Shown here in pieces: positions 21,391 to 42,069 of a DNA stretch of 64,000 bases. The stretch is from positions 53,099 through 117,098 of the forward strand of contig JAHLWZ010000815.1 of assembly GCA_020536535.1 (NCBI GenBank). The letters are read 5' to 3'. The number at the start of each line of letters is the position of its first letter. Positions within the stretch are counted from its first letter, which is position 1. The notes below the pieces were generated by a model that was given only the letters and a program-made list of their open reading frames with translations, was not told where the DNA came from and made no database searches. Source of the stretch: Pelomyxa schiedti (taxonomy: Eukaryota; Protista; Evosea). The translations under genes were made by a program, and so were the position numbers.

Positions 21391-22441
21391 TTACAGACAG
21401 CCGAGTTTTTGTGTAGAGCGATCACGACCCAGTCTACGGCGGCGATTGTTTTCGACAGGGGCAGCGTTTGTGGTTGGTGGGGGCAGGAGCACACGAGGGG
21501 TGACCGTCCCCCTGTTGGTGCCGTTGTGGTCCCTTCTGCTGCTGCTGGTGCTGTTGATGGCGAGTGCAGGGGCGATGGCAGGGGCAGGGGTGAGGGCGGG
21601 GGAAGAGGGAGGTGGCTGGGTACGGGTCCTGTCGCGGACCCTCGCTGGGGGGGCGGAATAGACACACCATTTTCCAGGCTGTACGACGTCATGGGGTGGT
21701 TTTGCATCCGACTTTTGCGGCAGAGTCTCCTCTGTGGAAGAGTTGTCTTCTTCCTCAGAATTCTCCTGCGGCGGAAGTGAGAGGGAATTGAAGAGGGTGT
21801 GAACACCAACAACTGTGTCCCTTATCTCCGACAAATTGGGGGCCAATCCCATGCTCACCGCATCCGAACAGATTGGGGGCTGATGATGTGGAATGAGAAA
21901 GTGCAGTGCAACCAACAAGTACCTTTGGGAATGAGGTCACCCTCCAGAATGACGGGTGTGGTCACTACTGTAGCATTCTTGGTCTTCTTCTTCTGTTGGC
22001 AGTTGGGTATTTCTTGTCTGTAAACGAAGTTAAAAGTGAAAAGGGGAGGACTGTTGCTCTACACACAGCCATTTTTCCTGTGACTGGGTCCCTGCTGAGT
22101 CGCGTTCTTCTGCATTGCTGCGAACACCTCCTCACCCACCTTGTGGTATATGTGCCTCTTCTGCACAACAGGCTCGCTTCTGGCAGCAGAGCCTCCGCAC
22201 AGAGTACCAGAAGAGGCACATATACCACAAGGTGGGTGAGGAGGTGTTCGCGGCTATGCAGAAGAACGGGGAGGTGCTGGAGGGCATCCCTCGTGACAGA
22301 GTGTGGGTGCCTCTTCTGAAGAATGAAGAATCGTTCCAAGGCCCGGTACCGACGGCCTGGTAGTAAAACGGCTCGTGGGGGATGTCGAAGCATTGCCACG
22401 TTACGGGTGTCGAAGCTCCCTCCTTCCGTCGTGGATCGCAT
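21391..22441 (-). pseudogene. Rearranged gene or element remnant with spliced-looking exons, disrupted by an inverted duplication
   Basis: Exon-like blocks (QEIPNCQQKKKTK...; QENSEEEDN...) are bounded by GT/AG. The 5' part contains a 61-bp inverted repeat. No family can be assigned confidently. Confidence 0.35.
22103..22268. repeat. Inverted repeat, 61-bp arms (2 mismatches), 44-nt structured spacer
   Basis: 22103-22163 is the reverse complement of 22208-22268. Confidence 0.95.
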
Positions 22442-22723
22442 CTTTTAAGTTTGGTTAAATATTTTTTCCAAAGAAAAAAATTATAGAAGCTCCATCCAAA
22501 TGAAGATTGAGTTGAAGCGGAATCAACAAATGTAAATTAAATTTATTTACCGAAGACGGACCACGGCCGGGGTTTACCAACGAAAGAAATTGATCCGCTC
22601 TTTCCTGCGTTTTTCCCTTCGTTTCTCGCCGTCTTTTTGTGTCGGTTTGACTTTCACACTAAGGACAGACATCTTCTGACAGGATACACTTCAGTTTTTT
22701 TATCGGTTTTTTTTTTTTGTTTC

Positions 22724-22918
22724 AGTGTCGGGCCTAGCGACCTTTGGTTAACTGCCTGGCTGCTGGGACCAAGTTCGCACAAGGGAGACCTACGGGAACT
22801 AGGCTCCCTTTGTGCAGTGAGAGTGTATAGACGGACTCTCGCTGCACTTTGGGTTGGTAACTGACTTCCGCTATGACCAAAAGGCCTGGGTTGGCCGTGG
22901 TCGCTCCCGTGCCCCACT
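22724..22918 (+). ncRNA. Candidate structured small RNA (about 195 nt) ending in a T run
   Basis: Nested stems: AGCGACC/GGTCGCT, TTTGGTTA/TGACCAAA, GCACAAGGGAG/CTCCCTTTGTGC and AGTGAGAGT/ACTCTCGCT. G-U pairs favour the plus strand. Confidence 0.55.
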
Positions 22919-23528
22919 TTTTTATCGGTTTTTTTTTTCTTTTCCATCTTTCAATTACTGAAGTGTTTCTGCAAGTGTGTCTGTGAATTACTACGTGGAT
23001 TAAAACGGCTTTCACTTTTGTGAGACTTTTATTCTTACTGCTCCGGATGTGCCACTTCATTTTCTGCTGAGACTGCGCTGTATCAGGTTTGCTTTGAGTT
23101 TTACTTCACTGACGTTGTTTTGTGGCAGCTTCGTGGGGCCTCTCTTGTCACTTGTCACCACCTGAGAAGATATCACCACTCTTCATTGGCAGAGGCTGGT
23201 TGCTACCAGTAGTTCCAGTAGCACCCCTTTCACCAAAACAAAAACTCTAAACAAAAAAGCGAAGTGTATCATTAAGTATTCTTTTGGCGCGAGTGGAGCA
23301 CCGACCGTCCATAGCCACGCCGAATGTTACTCGGGCGGTATGGGTTGTTTTTTTTTGTCTCCCAAAGAATGCCAGAATTATCTCCTCGATAAATAGGATA
23401 TTCTTCTGGTCTCCTGATAGTGGACGTTACTTGAAGGTTCCTCCAATCACTTTTCGCCTAACACACTGATAATTCTGTTAACCATAAAGAAGTTTTTATT
23501 TATCGAACCCGTCGTTTGACACCCACAC

Positions 23529-24630
23529 ATGTTTCGCGAGCGTCTGCCGAATGGACCAATTGATGGTCGTCCGTGGGTGGCGAGGATGGGAGGACTCCCG
23601 CCAAAGCCCAATCCCACGCTCCGTTTGTTTTGTTTCCACCATGCTGGGGGGAACTTCAATGGTGCGCGTTTGGGCTGGTTTTGGTGGTTTTTTTTTTTTC
23701 TGTTCTTTTTTTTTTTCCCGTTGTAATTTTTTTGGGGTTGACGATGGATTGCTTGCAATCAGACTTTAGAAAATGGGAAACGTTGACACCCATGGAAGTA
23801 CAAATATGCCCTATTGTTTTGCCTGGACATACTGGTAGAATGAATGAGAAGTGTGTTACTAATGCACCGGAGCTAGGCAGGGTATGACTGCCAATTCCTC
23901 TTTCATTGCCGATTTAATTTTGAGAGTGACACCAGGCTATTGCTGCTGGTATTGAGAAATTGATTGACAGACCCTATGCTATGTTTGGGCACAGCATGGG
24001 CTCATTTATTGCCTTTGAAACAGCTAGAGCACTTATTGCAAATGGACTTCCTGCCCCAGCAGCCCTGATAATGACTAGTACACATGGACCAAAAGTGCCC
24101 ATGAGAACCATGAGGTCACATATAACAGATGACAATGTACTAAGGAGTTTAAATACCCAACTCATTCAAATTACGGTAGGAATTCATTGCCACAATGGCC
24201 CGGGACTTCAATGACACAACCCTTGTGGAGGCTGCAGCACAGTTCCCTGAAATGATAGCTGGATTCCTTTCTGGTATTATATCCCCTCCTACTATCCCCA
24301 AATTTCACAGTTATAGTTCTCCGCAGTGATATAAAGCTGGTTGAGGACTATACTTATATTCCCACGGACCTACTGAATGTACCAATCCATACATACTTGG
24401 GCAGCAACGAGAAGGTTCTCACAATAGAGGATGTTCAGGCGTGGCAGGATGTAACAACACTACCAATCATCGGACCGACTATGTATGAATCAAACTTCCC
24501 AATACGACTCCTTGAACACTAATACCATTCCACTTGAAGATTGGAGGGAGACCACTTCTGGCCCAAAAATGAACAGACAGCTCAGCAATTTGTGCAGAAA
24601 ATGACACAGATACTTCTAAGTTCTGTGTGA
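23529..24630 (+). CDS. Type II thioesterase (GrsT/RifR/OLAH-like alpha/beta hydrolase), multi-exon
   Basis: RLFCFHHAGG, LPGH.GR..E, FGHSMG..IAFETA and GDHF. Confidence 0.92.
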
Positions 24631-24689
24631 ACACCACAGAAAGAAAGAAAAAACTTGTTTTGGGTGCACAATTGTTGAATGTGTACTAC

Positions 24690-26083
24690 CTACACATTAA
24701 AAGAGTATATCACTGATGCCCAAGGGGCATTAAATTGAAGAGGGTACACCACTCTGCATGGAGTAACGCTGCCGGCGAAATGGAGTTTTATCTTTGACGG
24801 AAGTTAGAACCGTGAAGGGAGGAGGATTCAACCTTCATGTCAAATGTGCCCCATGCCCTTCCTGATAGTTGGAGAGGATGAGAAGTGAGTGTATGATTTG
24901 GTTGGGGGAAGCTCTCATGAAGTTTGACATCGGCTTTGGTGACAATTCCAGCCAAAGAACCGCCACCCGGTGCTTGAATTTTTAATGTCCAACGGTGATC
25001 AGATGAAGAAACCTGTTCAGGGTAAGCTTTGGACAAACTTTACAGTGGGGATACTCACGGCCTGGTGGTTGTTTCCGATTTCTATCTGTATGGCTGGTTT
25101 AGCTACTGGTGTGGAAGCAGAAAGGTTCACAGAGGATAACGTTGGTCGTGAAGGTGGTAGTAAAGCTGAGGAAGCTAGACTCAATGGAGAGCTCACAGTG
25201 ACGGCAGTTGAAGTAGGGCCAATAGCACCTAACGGTGTAGCTGTCAGCTGTTGAACTTGCCTCTGAAGAGCGTCCAGTTCTGTCCGCAGTGTCTTGACAT
25301 AGGCCTGGGATGTGGTTAAAAGTGTTTGTAAAAGCCATGAAGCCAACCAATAAGCCGCTGATTTGGCTATATGGGCACTTTTCCCGATGTACAGGTAGTT
25401 CTGAACGTGCAAAAGTCTGAGTGCACCCAAATTCAGCCCAAGGACATGTCGCCATTCCATACTGGCAATCGTTTTTGCAATGAGAATCCAAATTTTGCCT
25501 CTGCACGGTAGCAGTGCATCCTACAGCGATGAATACAGATAGCTCACTTACAATGATACACCTTGCCCTCTATTCCTGCAGTAAACTGGGAGTTCATTGG
25601 TCATATTGTTTATCAGTAAATCTCTTCACTGGAGTGAGAGTGGAGGGGAAAGGGGTTTTTGTTTTGGTACTTTTGCAACTGCTCAGGAACCAATGCTCCT
25701 CGGCAAACAGGGCAAGTACCCGTTTGCTTAGAAAACCAGGCTGTTGTTTGGGAATAAAAGAAAAAAAAGAAGTGAGTGGAAGTAGAACTTTATAAAAGAA
25801 TGGCAAAAGTAGACCTGTAATGCACGCACTATAAAGGGAATAAGATATTAAGGGGAAAAAAAAATAAAGGAGGGGAACTCACTAGCAAAAAACGTGAGAG
25901 CACGGTGATCTATGTGCCTACGCAAATTATTTGGGGAAAAAAAGAGAAAAAAGGGGGAAAAAAAAGGGCTCCTATGCGCACATTTACAAAAGGCTCTTGG
26001 CAAATGCCACACAACAGGTGTTTTGAGATCTGGGTCTCGTCTACATATGCGAACGGCGCTTCAGGGATTGATGTAGCTGCCAT
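24690..26083 (-). CDS. RING + TRAF zinc finger + coiled coil + C-terminal YEATS-like domain protein
   Basis: LLCGICQEPF..CPVCR; H..NDCQY..ATCPWAEFGC....R..L..H; HRWT...KLHESFPQP....HPLQLSGRAWGTF. Confidence 0.75.
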
Positions 26084-26270
26084 TTGTTCGGATTTCGCGT
26101 CTGAGATGTACCGAAAAGCCGAGATCCAGTCACCCAGGCTCAGATCTTTTTCCTAACAACCGCTCCCCTCTCTCGGTTTTCAGAGTCACATTAGTAACAC
26201 TCCAGTATCCACCACCTCTGATGGTGCAGTTCGTCTGCCCTGGGAGATCTTTCTATCAGTTCGCGGAACA

Positions 26271-29200
26271 ATGTTCAACGGGCCAGAGGAGGACGAAACG
26301 CAAGTGGGGGTGGAGTCTACGACTATTTACTGGGAGATCTACGATGTGGCCGGCGCACGTGTTGACTTTACTGTCGTGTTTTTGAACGACACTGATGTCG
26401 CTTGCGAGAAAGTGGTCTCTTTTGCTATTCCGGCGGAATCTCTCGTCAGCGGTTACGGTGCGTGCTAGTGCTAGTACTAGTTGCCCTCGCGAGAGCATGC
26501 ACTTTAGCATCGCGTAAAATTCGTATTCCTAATAATGACGCTCGTGGCAGCGGTTGACATTCGAGGAGAGATGGTGAGTGCCAGCATTGTGCAAAACTCG
26601 CTGGCACGAGACGCTTATGAGACGGATTTAAGGGAGGGCCGCAGTGGACAATCTCTTTTGGCACAATCCGCTCAGGTATTTAATTTAAACCTTTCCACTG
26701 CATGCATTTTGCTTTCCTTTGCTGAATTGGTGCAAGGGAAACTATTTTACTGTGCGGATTTCATTTGGACCAAAAAGTAGAAGAATAGCCACTCTCTCTT
26801 TGACACAACCCCCTGCACAAAATGGATGGTACAAAATTCCTTTGAGTTTTCTTCCTGTAAACCCAACCTTGAACAATACCTCTACACCACTCTCATTGAC
26901 CGTTCATGTTATTGACGCAGAAGTATCAGAATCCAAGGTTCCATCACAGATTGAAGCTCTCTCCTTTGAGCGTATGGACCAAATAAACATTCCAAACAAT
27001 TTCAAAAAATAATTCAGGGATCCAGCAATGGGAATTTTCAGCCCTGTGCTCCTCCAGTTTATGTCAACGCTCTACAACATGCCCTATGCTCGAAATATGT
27101 GTTGTTTCACCCCCCAAACTTGTATACTTTCAACAACATCTTCCAAGAAGTGTGCCTTCTAGTACCTCGCCCACCTATCAAACTTTCTTTTGGGTTCCAG
27201 TTCCATCACTGCCTGAATTAGGACCGTCAATTCCACTGAGCAACATTTACCAATCTCCAATCCCCAAATCAGGAATAGCCATAGTATGGGATTCCTCTCA
27301 CAGCCACAAGGGCTCTTCGAAGGAATTCGCCTTCCTCACGCTCCTTCTTCACAGCATTGACCTCCAGGAAGTTGAGTTTGTTGACTTGTATTTCTTTAAT
27401 GTTGTACTGCATCCACCTCGTCATTTCAACACCTCAATTGGTGACTATGAGAATCTCCTAAACTCTATAGATTCAATTGAATATACCGGCGCCACAGACT
27501 TCACGTGCTTGTCAAGGTTGCAGAATTCACACTACAAATATGCTCTTCTTTTCAGTGACGGAATTCAGACCTTCAGCAGTGATCCCATTTTCACTTTTGA
27601 ACCTTCTTTACCACAAGACCATCAATGCAAACAGTCTTTCCAGTTGTTTCCTTTCCCGCTGCACTGCTTCTGTGGTACTTCTGGTGACAATTATTTGAGA
27701 CTACAACGAATATCAGAGGAAACTGGCGGTATTTTTATGAATCTCAGTGAAAATTTTCCAAGCAACAATGAGCTTTCCACTTTACTTTCTGTTCGCAGGT
27801 CTCTGATAAAAAGTGTCAGAGTCGTCGACTTTAATGGTGACTCTGAGGTGTTCATAGCACCTGCACAATCTAGTACTCCAGCGAGTGTATATGGGCGGCT
27901 AGATGGGAAGTGGTGTGGGGTTTCATTGGCCCTGCAATTTGAGTTCCAAAGAGGCTCTGTTACTTCACCCATCACGAGGAATTTTGAAATCCCTGTTAGT
28001 GTATTCACTACCAGCAATTCCGTTCTTGCCTGTAGCTGGGCTAGACTCAAGCTCCACGAAATGCTAAAACAGTCAGGGAGAAGTGTTGTCACGCCAGCCC
28101 TCCTGGATGTGTGCCGAATGTACAACACATTGACCAATGGAGTGTCATTTTTAGTCCTTGAAACACTTGAAGAATACCTCAGGCACGGTGTAGAACCCCC
28201 ATCTTCCCAGGATCAGCTGCACCGTCTTTACTGGCTCAACATTCGCCGCCAAGAATATCAAGCGAAGTTACAACAAGAAAAACGTAAAAGTGCTATCTGT
28301 GATTGGTGGACCTCCAAAGTTCTCTCATGGGAAAATCCCCATCCCGGCCCTGGGCACATTTTTCATTCTATGACTCACCATAGCTCTAGCCGTTTCAGTG
28401 ACCTTCCCCCCACTCTTCCTGCTTGTTTGAGCCTACATCCAGACAGGCACATTTCCCTCAAAAAAAAAACTCGATCCACACACTTTGAGGACTCTCCAGC
28501 CAGTTCTGTTACAGAGGAAAGTCTGGGAGCTTCGATGCTAAAATCTATGGGCTGGATCCCTGGGCAAAGTCTCGGGAAACACCCCTCTACTTCATTACCC
28601 CCGGTTCCGTCTTTCCGATGTCGCCCACATTCATGTGGATTAGCAAGTGGTATGTCAGTCCCTTTAATTAACAGTTTGAGATGCATTTATAGTCCACAGA
28701 ACCAACCAGCACCTCTGCTGCCAAGCAAGACACCAAAGGTACTTCATACAGTTTCTGCCATCCTCCTAAACTACAACATAGGCAAAAGCTGGAAGTTTCT
28801 ACAGAAGTTCTATCACAAAGGAACTTTTTTCGAGTATTTTGTACTCTTTTTCCGTCGCATCTCAACATAAAAAACCAGAGATCTGCAGGAACCTCAACTC
28901 AATGCAGTGAGGTATGTATTCTCTAAGTAAACTGCTCATCACTGACGTATCATAAGTTATCTCAATGAAGAGTATTCCGTTTCTCATGCTGTACACAAAA
29001 GAATGAATGCTGTACGCTTAATTTCCAGTTTTCCTCCTCAAAGTGTGCCAAAACAAGATAGCCGTCTCCATGACGAAGCTGAACCCCATCTGCCTTTAAT
29101 TCGACCTGCCAAAAGATTTTTCGGTGCAGCAAGAGTTCTTGATGAGGGATATTTGGAACACGCCAGATTGAGCATCAGCACCCATCTGTTGCAATCTACT

Positions 29201-30267
29201 GAGTCAGTTGAATTCATTCCGTTCGTGGAACCAAAGCCAAAGCGGTCCAGATGCTCTGGGTTGATTGCGGATGTATACATCAATGAGAATACTATGCAAG
29301 ACAGCAGCCAAGTGAGAGACCTGCAGGAACAATTAGTTTCCAATTCTTACAGGCTTTTCTCCCAAAATCGCTCCAATGAGGCCTTTTACGCAATATCGAC
29401 CCTACTGGATATCTCACATTCTCCAAGTGCCCTCCTGTTAAAAAGAGTTGGTTATATGCTTTGGCGATGGGGAGAGTATGACAAAGCTGCTTCAGTATTG
29501 TTAGACCTTTCGGAAAACTTCCCGGAACAACCGGGAGGCCTTTTGGATCTCTCTACTGTGTTATGTTGTTCACCGGTGTCAGAAACAAATGTTTGGAATC
29601 ACCCATTCCTTAGATTTCTAAAATGATTTTAGGCCTCCCGCTTCACTAAAGCAATATCCTTTTTGCATAAACTGTTGGAAACCAAATACGATGTTGTGTA
29701 TAGTCAAATTGAACTCATTGCTATTAGTGAACTTGGGCGAGCCTTCGCCATCACAAATAGTTTTCATCTTCCAGTTCAATCACTCTCTTGGGGTATCTAA
29801 TCTTCTCTCTATTTTTCTAAGTATCCACAAGCCCCTGAACCAAGGCTACTTCCTTTGGATCTTAGGGTCACTGTAAGATATGATACAGAATGTGAACTCG
29901 AGCTCATAGTTGAAGAACCAAACGGTGGCCGGTGCACACCATTCGTCAATTCATCCGCCGTTGGTGGAATGCTTTCAAGAGAAATAAAGGTGCCTTTGAC
30001 TTTCTAAACCACCACCCTGTTTGTGCTTATAGGACCCAGGCCGGCGGACCAATAGAGTATTCCCTTAGACACGCTGTGCTGGGACACTACAACTTTCAAG
30101 TCCAAATACCAGCTTCCACATCGATACACCAGCCGGTGGTGTTTTTGTCACAAGTCACAACCTTCTTTGGTGTTTTCCCAAAGGAAACAACCCACACGAG
30201 CATTGGCGTTATCCACAACCACACCCCCGTTCCTTTTTGTGATGTTTCCTTCATAAAGAATCAGTAG
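26271..30267 (+). CDS. VIT + vWA-like + G-patch + TPR-like + DUF2135/YfaP-like multidomain protein, multi-exon
   Basis: VIT: VSGYAVDIRGEMVSASIV..SLARDAYE. vWA-like: IVWDSSHS, YTGATD, LFSDG. Also SFLVLETLEEYLRHGVEPP. G-patch: LGASMLKSMGWIPGQSLGK. C-terminus: DLRV....ELIVEEPNG..GG.LS..GPIEYSLR.A..G.Y. Confidence 0.75.
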
Positions 30268-30329
30268 TTCAATTTTTTTCACTTGCGTGGAGCATGTGGA
30301 CAAAACAAGCCAAAATGTTTCTATTCTTC

Positions 30330-40130
<9,801 letters not shown>

Positions 40131-40371
40131 ACGCTGGTTGTTGTTGCCTGGGTGTCGATTCCAAGGTCGTCGTTGATGGTGGCTGGATTATTATTTTTTT
40201 TTGTGCTTTTCGTCTTCGGCAACGAACCCTGTTTTGATGTTTTTTTTTCGGCCGGATTTGTGTTTGACAACACGGCGCGAAATGGTGGCGTTTGACACCA
40301 GTTCCCCGTTGTTGCGCCTTACAAACTTGAAGAAAAATCGAAGACGTGATTGCTTTTAAGTGGCCGTCAGT

Positions 40372-41958
40372 ATGTTCGAATCAGATGACTACAGTCGTCC
40401 TTGTAACCCCACTGAAGTGCTGCGGGAGCGCGCCCAGATCTTGCCTTTGCTTTTTGCTGTGCAGGTACCTCAACTACGGCAACAGCCAGATCCAGCGATG
40501 CTCGACACCACAATGCCAGAACGCGAGATCTTGTCGACAACTTGCCCCTCTCCGTCATCGCCACCCCCCCAACCACGCCACAAAAGGCGGCGTATGTGCA
40601 CTCCATATCGCCACGAGAATCATCCTTCTGCCAACGGCGAATGCTTCGTCAGCTTGTTGCCGGCAAGTGTGGTGGTGGAGTGCATTGGGAAAAACTGGGT
40701 GATGTGGCCTGAGAGGAGGATTTTGGTCGAGTTCAACCAGGAAATATCTGCAGTACCAACTACAACCAAGAAAGATGACAGAGAAGACTATGACGGCTGC
40801 GCAGGGCGCATACACCGCATTGACAAGGAAGAAGAAGATGATGAGGTGGAGTGCATGTTTTTCACTGTCGGTGCTACATTGGGGGTTGTTAATGGACCAG
40901 TTATGGTTTCGATGGACTTTGGATGTATTGGCTGGCTGGGTGGCACAATGTTCATGACGATAGAGGACGCACCAAGACGGAAGGGAAGCGATCTAGACAG
41001 ATTTGTGCTTCGGGGTACCAAATCCAATACAAGCGTTCACAGTTTGTGCCTGGAAGGACATATTGGATGCTGCAATCAGAAGTGGGTTGTTTTATCTACA
41101 TCTGAGGACAAGCTGTTTGCCATGAGACTTGCAACTGGTGAAAGACATGATGTGCCAATACCCCTGGAATTGCAGGAGGAGTCCACGTTGACACTTGTAT
41201 CACTCCGATTCTTTGGAACCACTGAGTATGACTTCGAGTCTGATGTTGTGGAAGCGCTATACCTTGATCAACCTCATGCCTTGTTTGTTGTTCACTTCAA
41301 TCTTTTGAGTGCTATGGGTGACAAACAGAAGTTGGTTGGGTTCTGTGACCTGCCAGATATGAGAATCAACTACTTGTCGATTATAAATCCACTGATAAGA
41401 AGGAGTGATAGCACATATTGCTTCACCGTGGAAAGAAAGAAATGCGTGGACCTTGTGGACTTGAAAGCCAACATAGTTACACTCGATCTGCACTGGGATG
41501 AACTTGGTGTCCCAGACAAGAACGGAGGCTTTACCATCGGTGCAGTTGATGAACAACATCTGTGCTTAACCAACAAGAGAACCTCAGTGACAACAATTTA
41601 TCATGTCTCTGAGTTACTTCACATGTTGGAATCAGATGAAGAGCGTCTCCGGCAACAGACTTCATGCCGCGTTCATCTCTCCGCACCTGGATCCATAATT
41701 TCAGCTGGTTGTGGCATTCTCATTTCAAGTTCTATTCTGGGGGGTGAAGTGCCAGACTCCTTGACATGCGCTACTACCTCACACCCATACTATTTCTCCA
41801 GAAATCCCCGTTATCTGCAGCTTGCATTCGAACATCAGATCATCGATGCAGCCACTGACACCATCCTTTTCAAAGTGCAACGAGCGCCACCTCGACTCCC
41901 ATACGAGATCAAGGCTGTTCCGTTCACAACGCCTTTGCCAAACGAATTGAATGAATGA
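40372..41958 (+). CDS. Intronless hypothetical protein, about 528 aa
   Basis: Long uninterrupted ORF with no recognisable domain. Confidence 0.75.
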   Translation: MFESDDYSRPCNPTEVLRERAQILPLLFAVQVPQLRQQPDPAMLDTTMPEREILSTTCPSPSSPPPQPRHKRRRMCTPYRHENHPSANGECFVSLLPASVVVECIGKNWVMWPERRILVEFNQEISAVPTTTKKDDREDYDGCAGRIHRIDKEEEDDEVECMFFTVGATLGVVNGPVMVSMDFGCIGWLGGTMFMTIEDAPRRKGSDLDRFVLRGTKSNTSVHSLCLEGHIGCCNQKWVVLSTSEDKLFAMRLATGERHDVPIPLELQEESTLTLVSLRFFGTTEYDFESDVVEALYLDQPHALFVVHFNLLSAMGDKQKLVGFCDLPDMRINYLSIINPLIRRSDSTYCFTVERKKCVDLVDLKANIVTLDLHWDELGVPDKNGGFTIGAVDEQHLCLTNKRTSVTTIYHVSELLHMLESDEERLRQQTSCRVHLSAPGSIISAGCGILISSSILGGEVPDSLTCATTSHPYYFSRNPRYLQLAFEHQIIDAATDTILFKVQRAPPRLPYEIKAVPFTTPLPNELNE

Positions 41959-42069
41959 AAGAAAAGAAAAACCAATTGCCTTGTTTTACGAGGGAGCTGC
42001 CACCGGGTTGAGTGCCCAACCAGCAAAGAAAACTTTTCTACGAACGACACCACAAACAAACATCAAACG

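Noticed and set aside
22783-22803. 5S rRNA-like string GGGAGACCTACGGGAAC
   Set aside because: The rest of the 5S sequence and its helix pattern are absent, and the element is too long.
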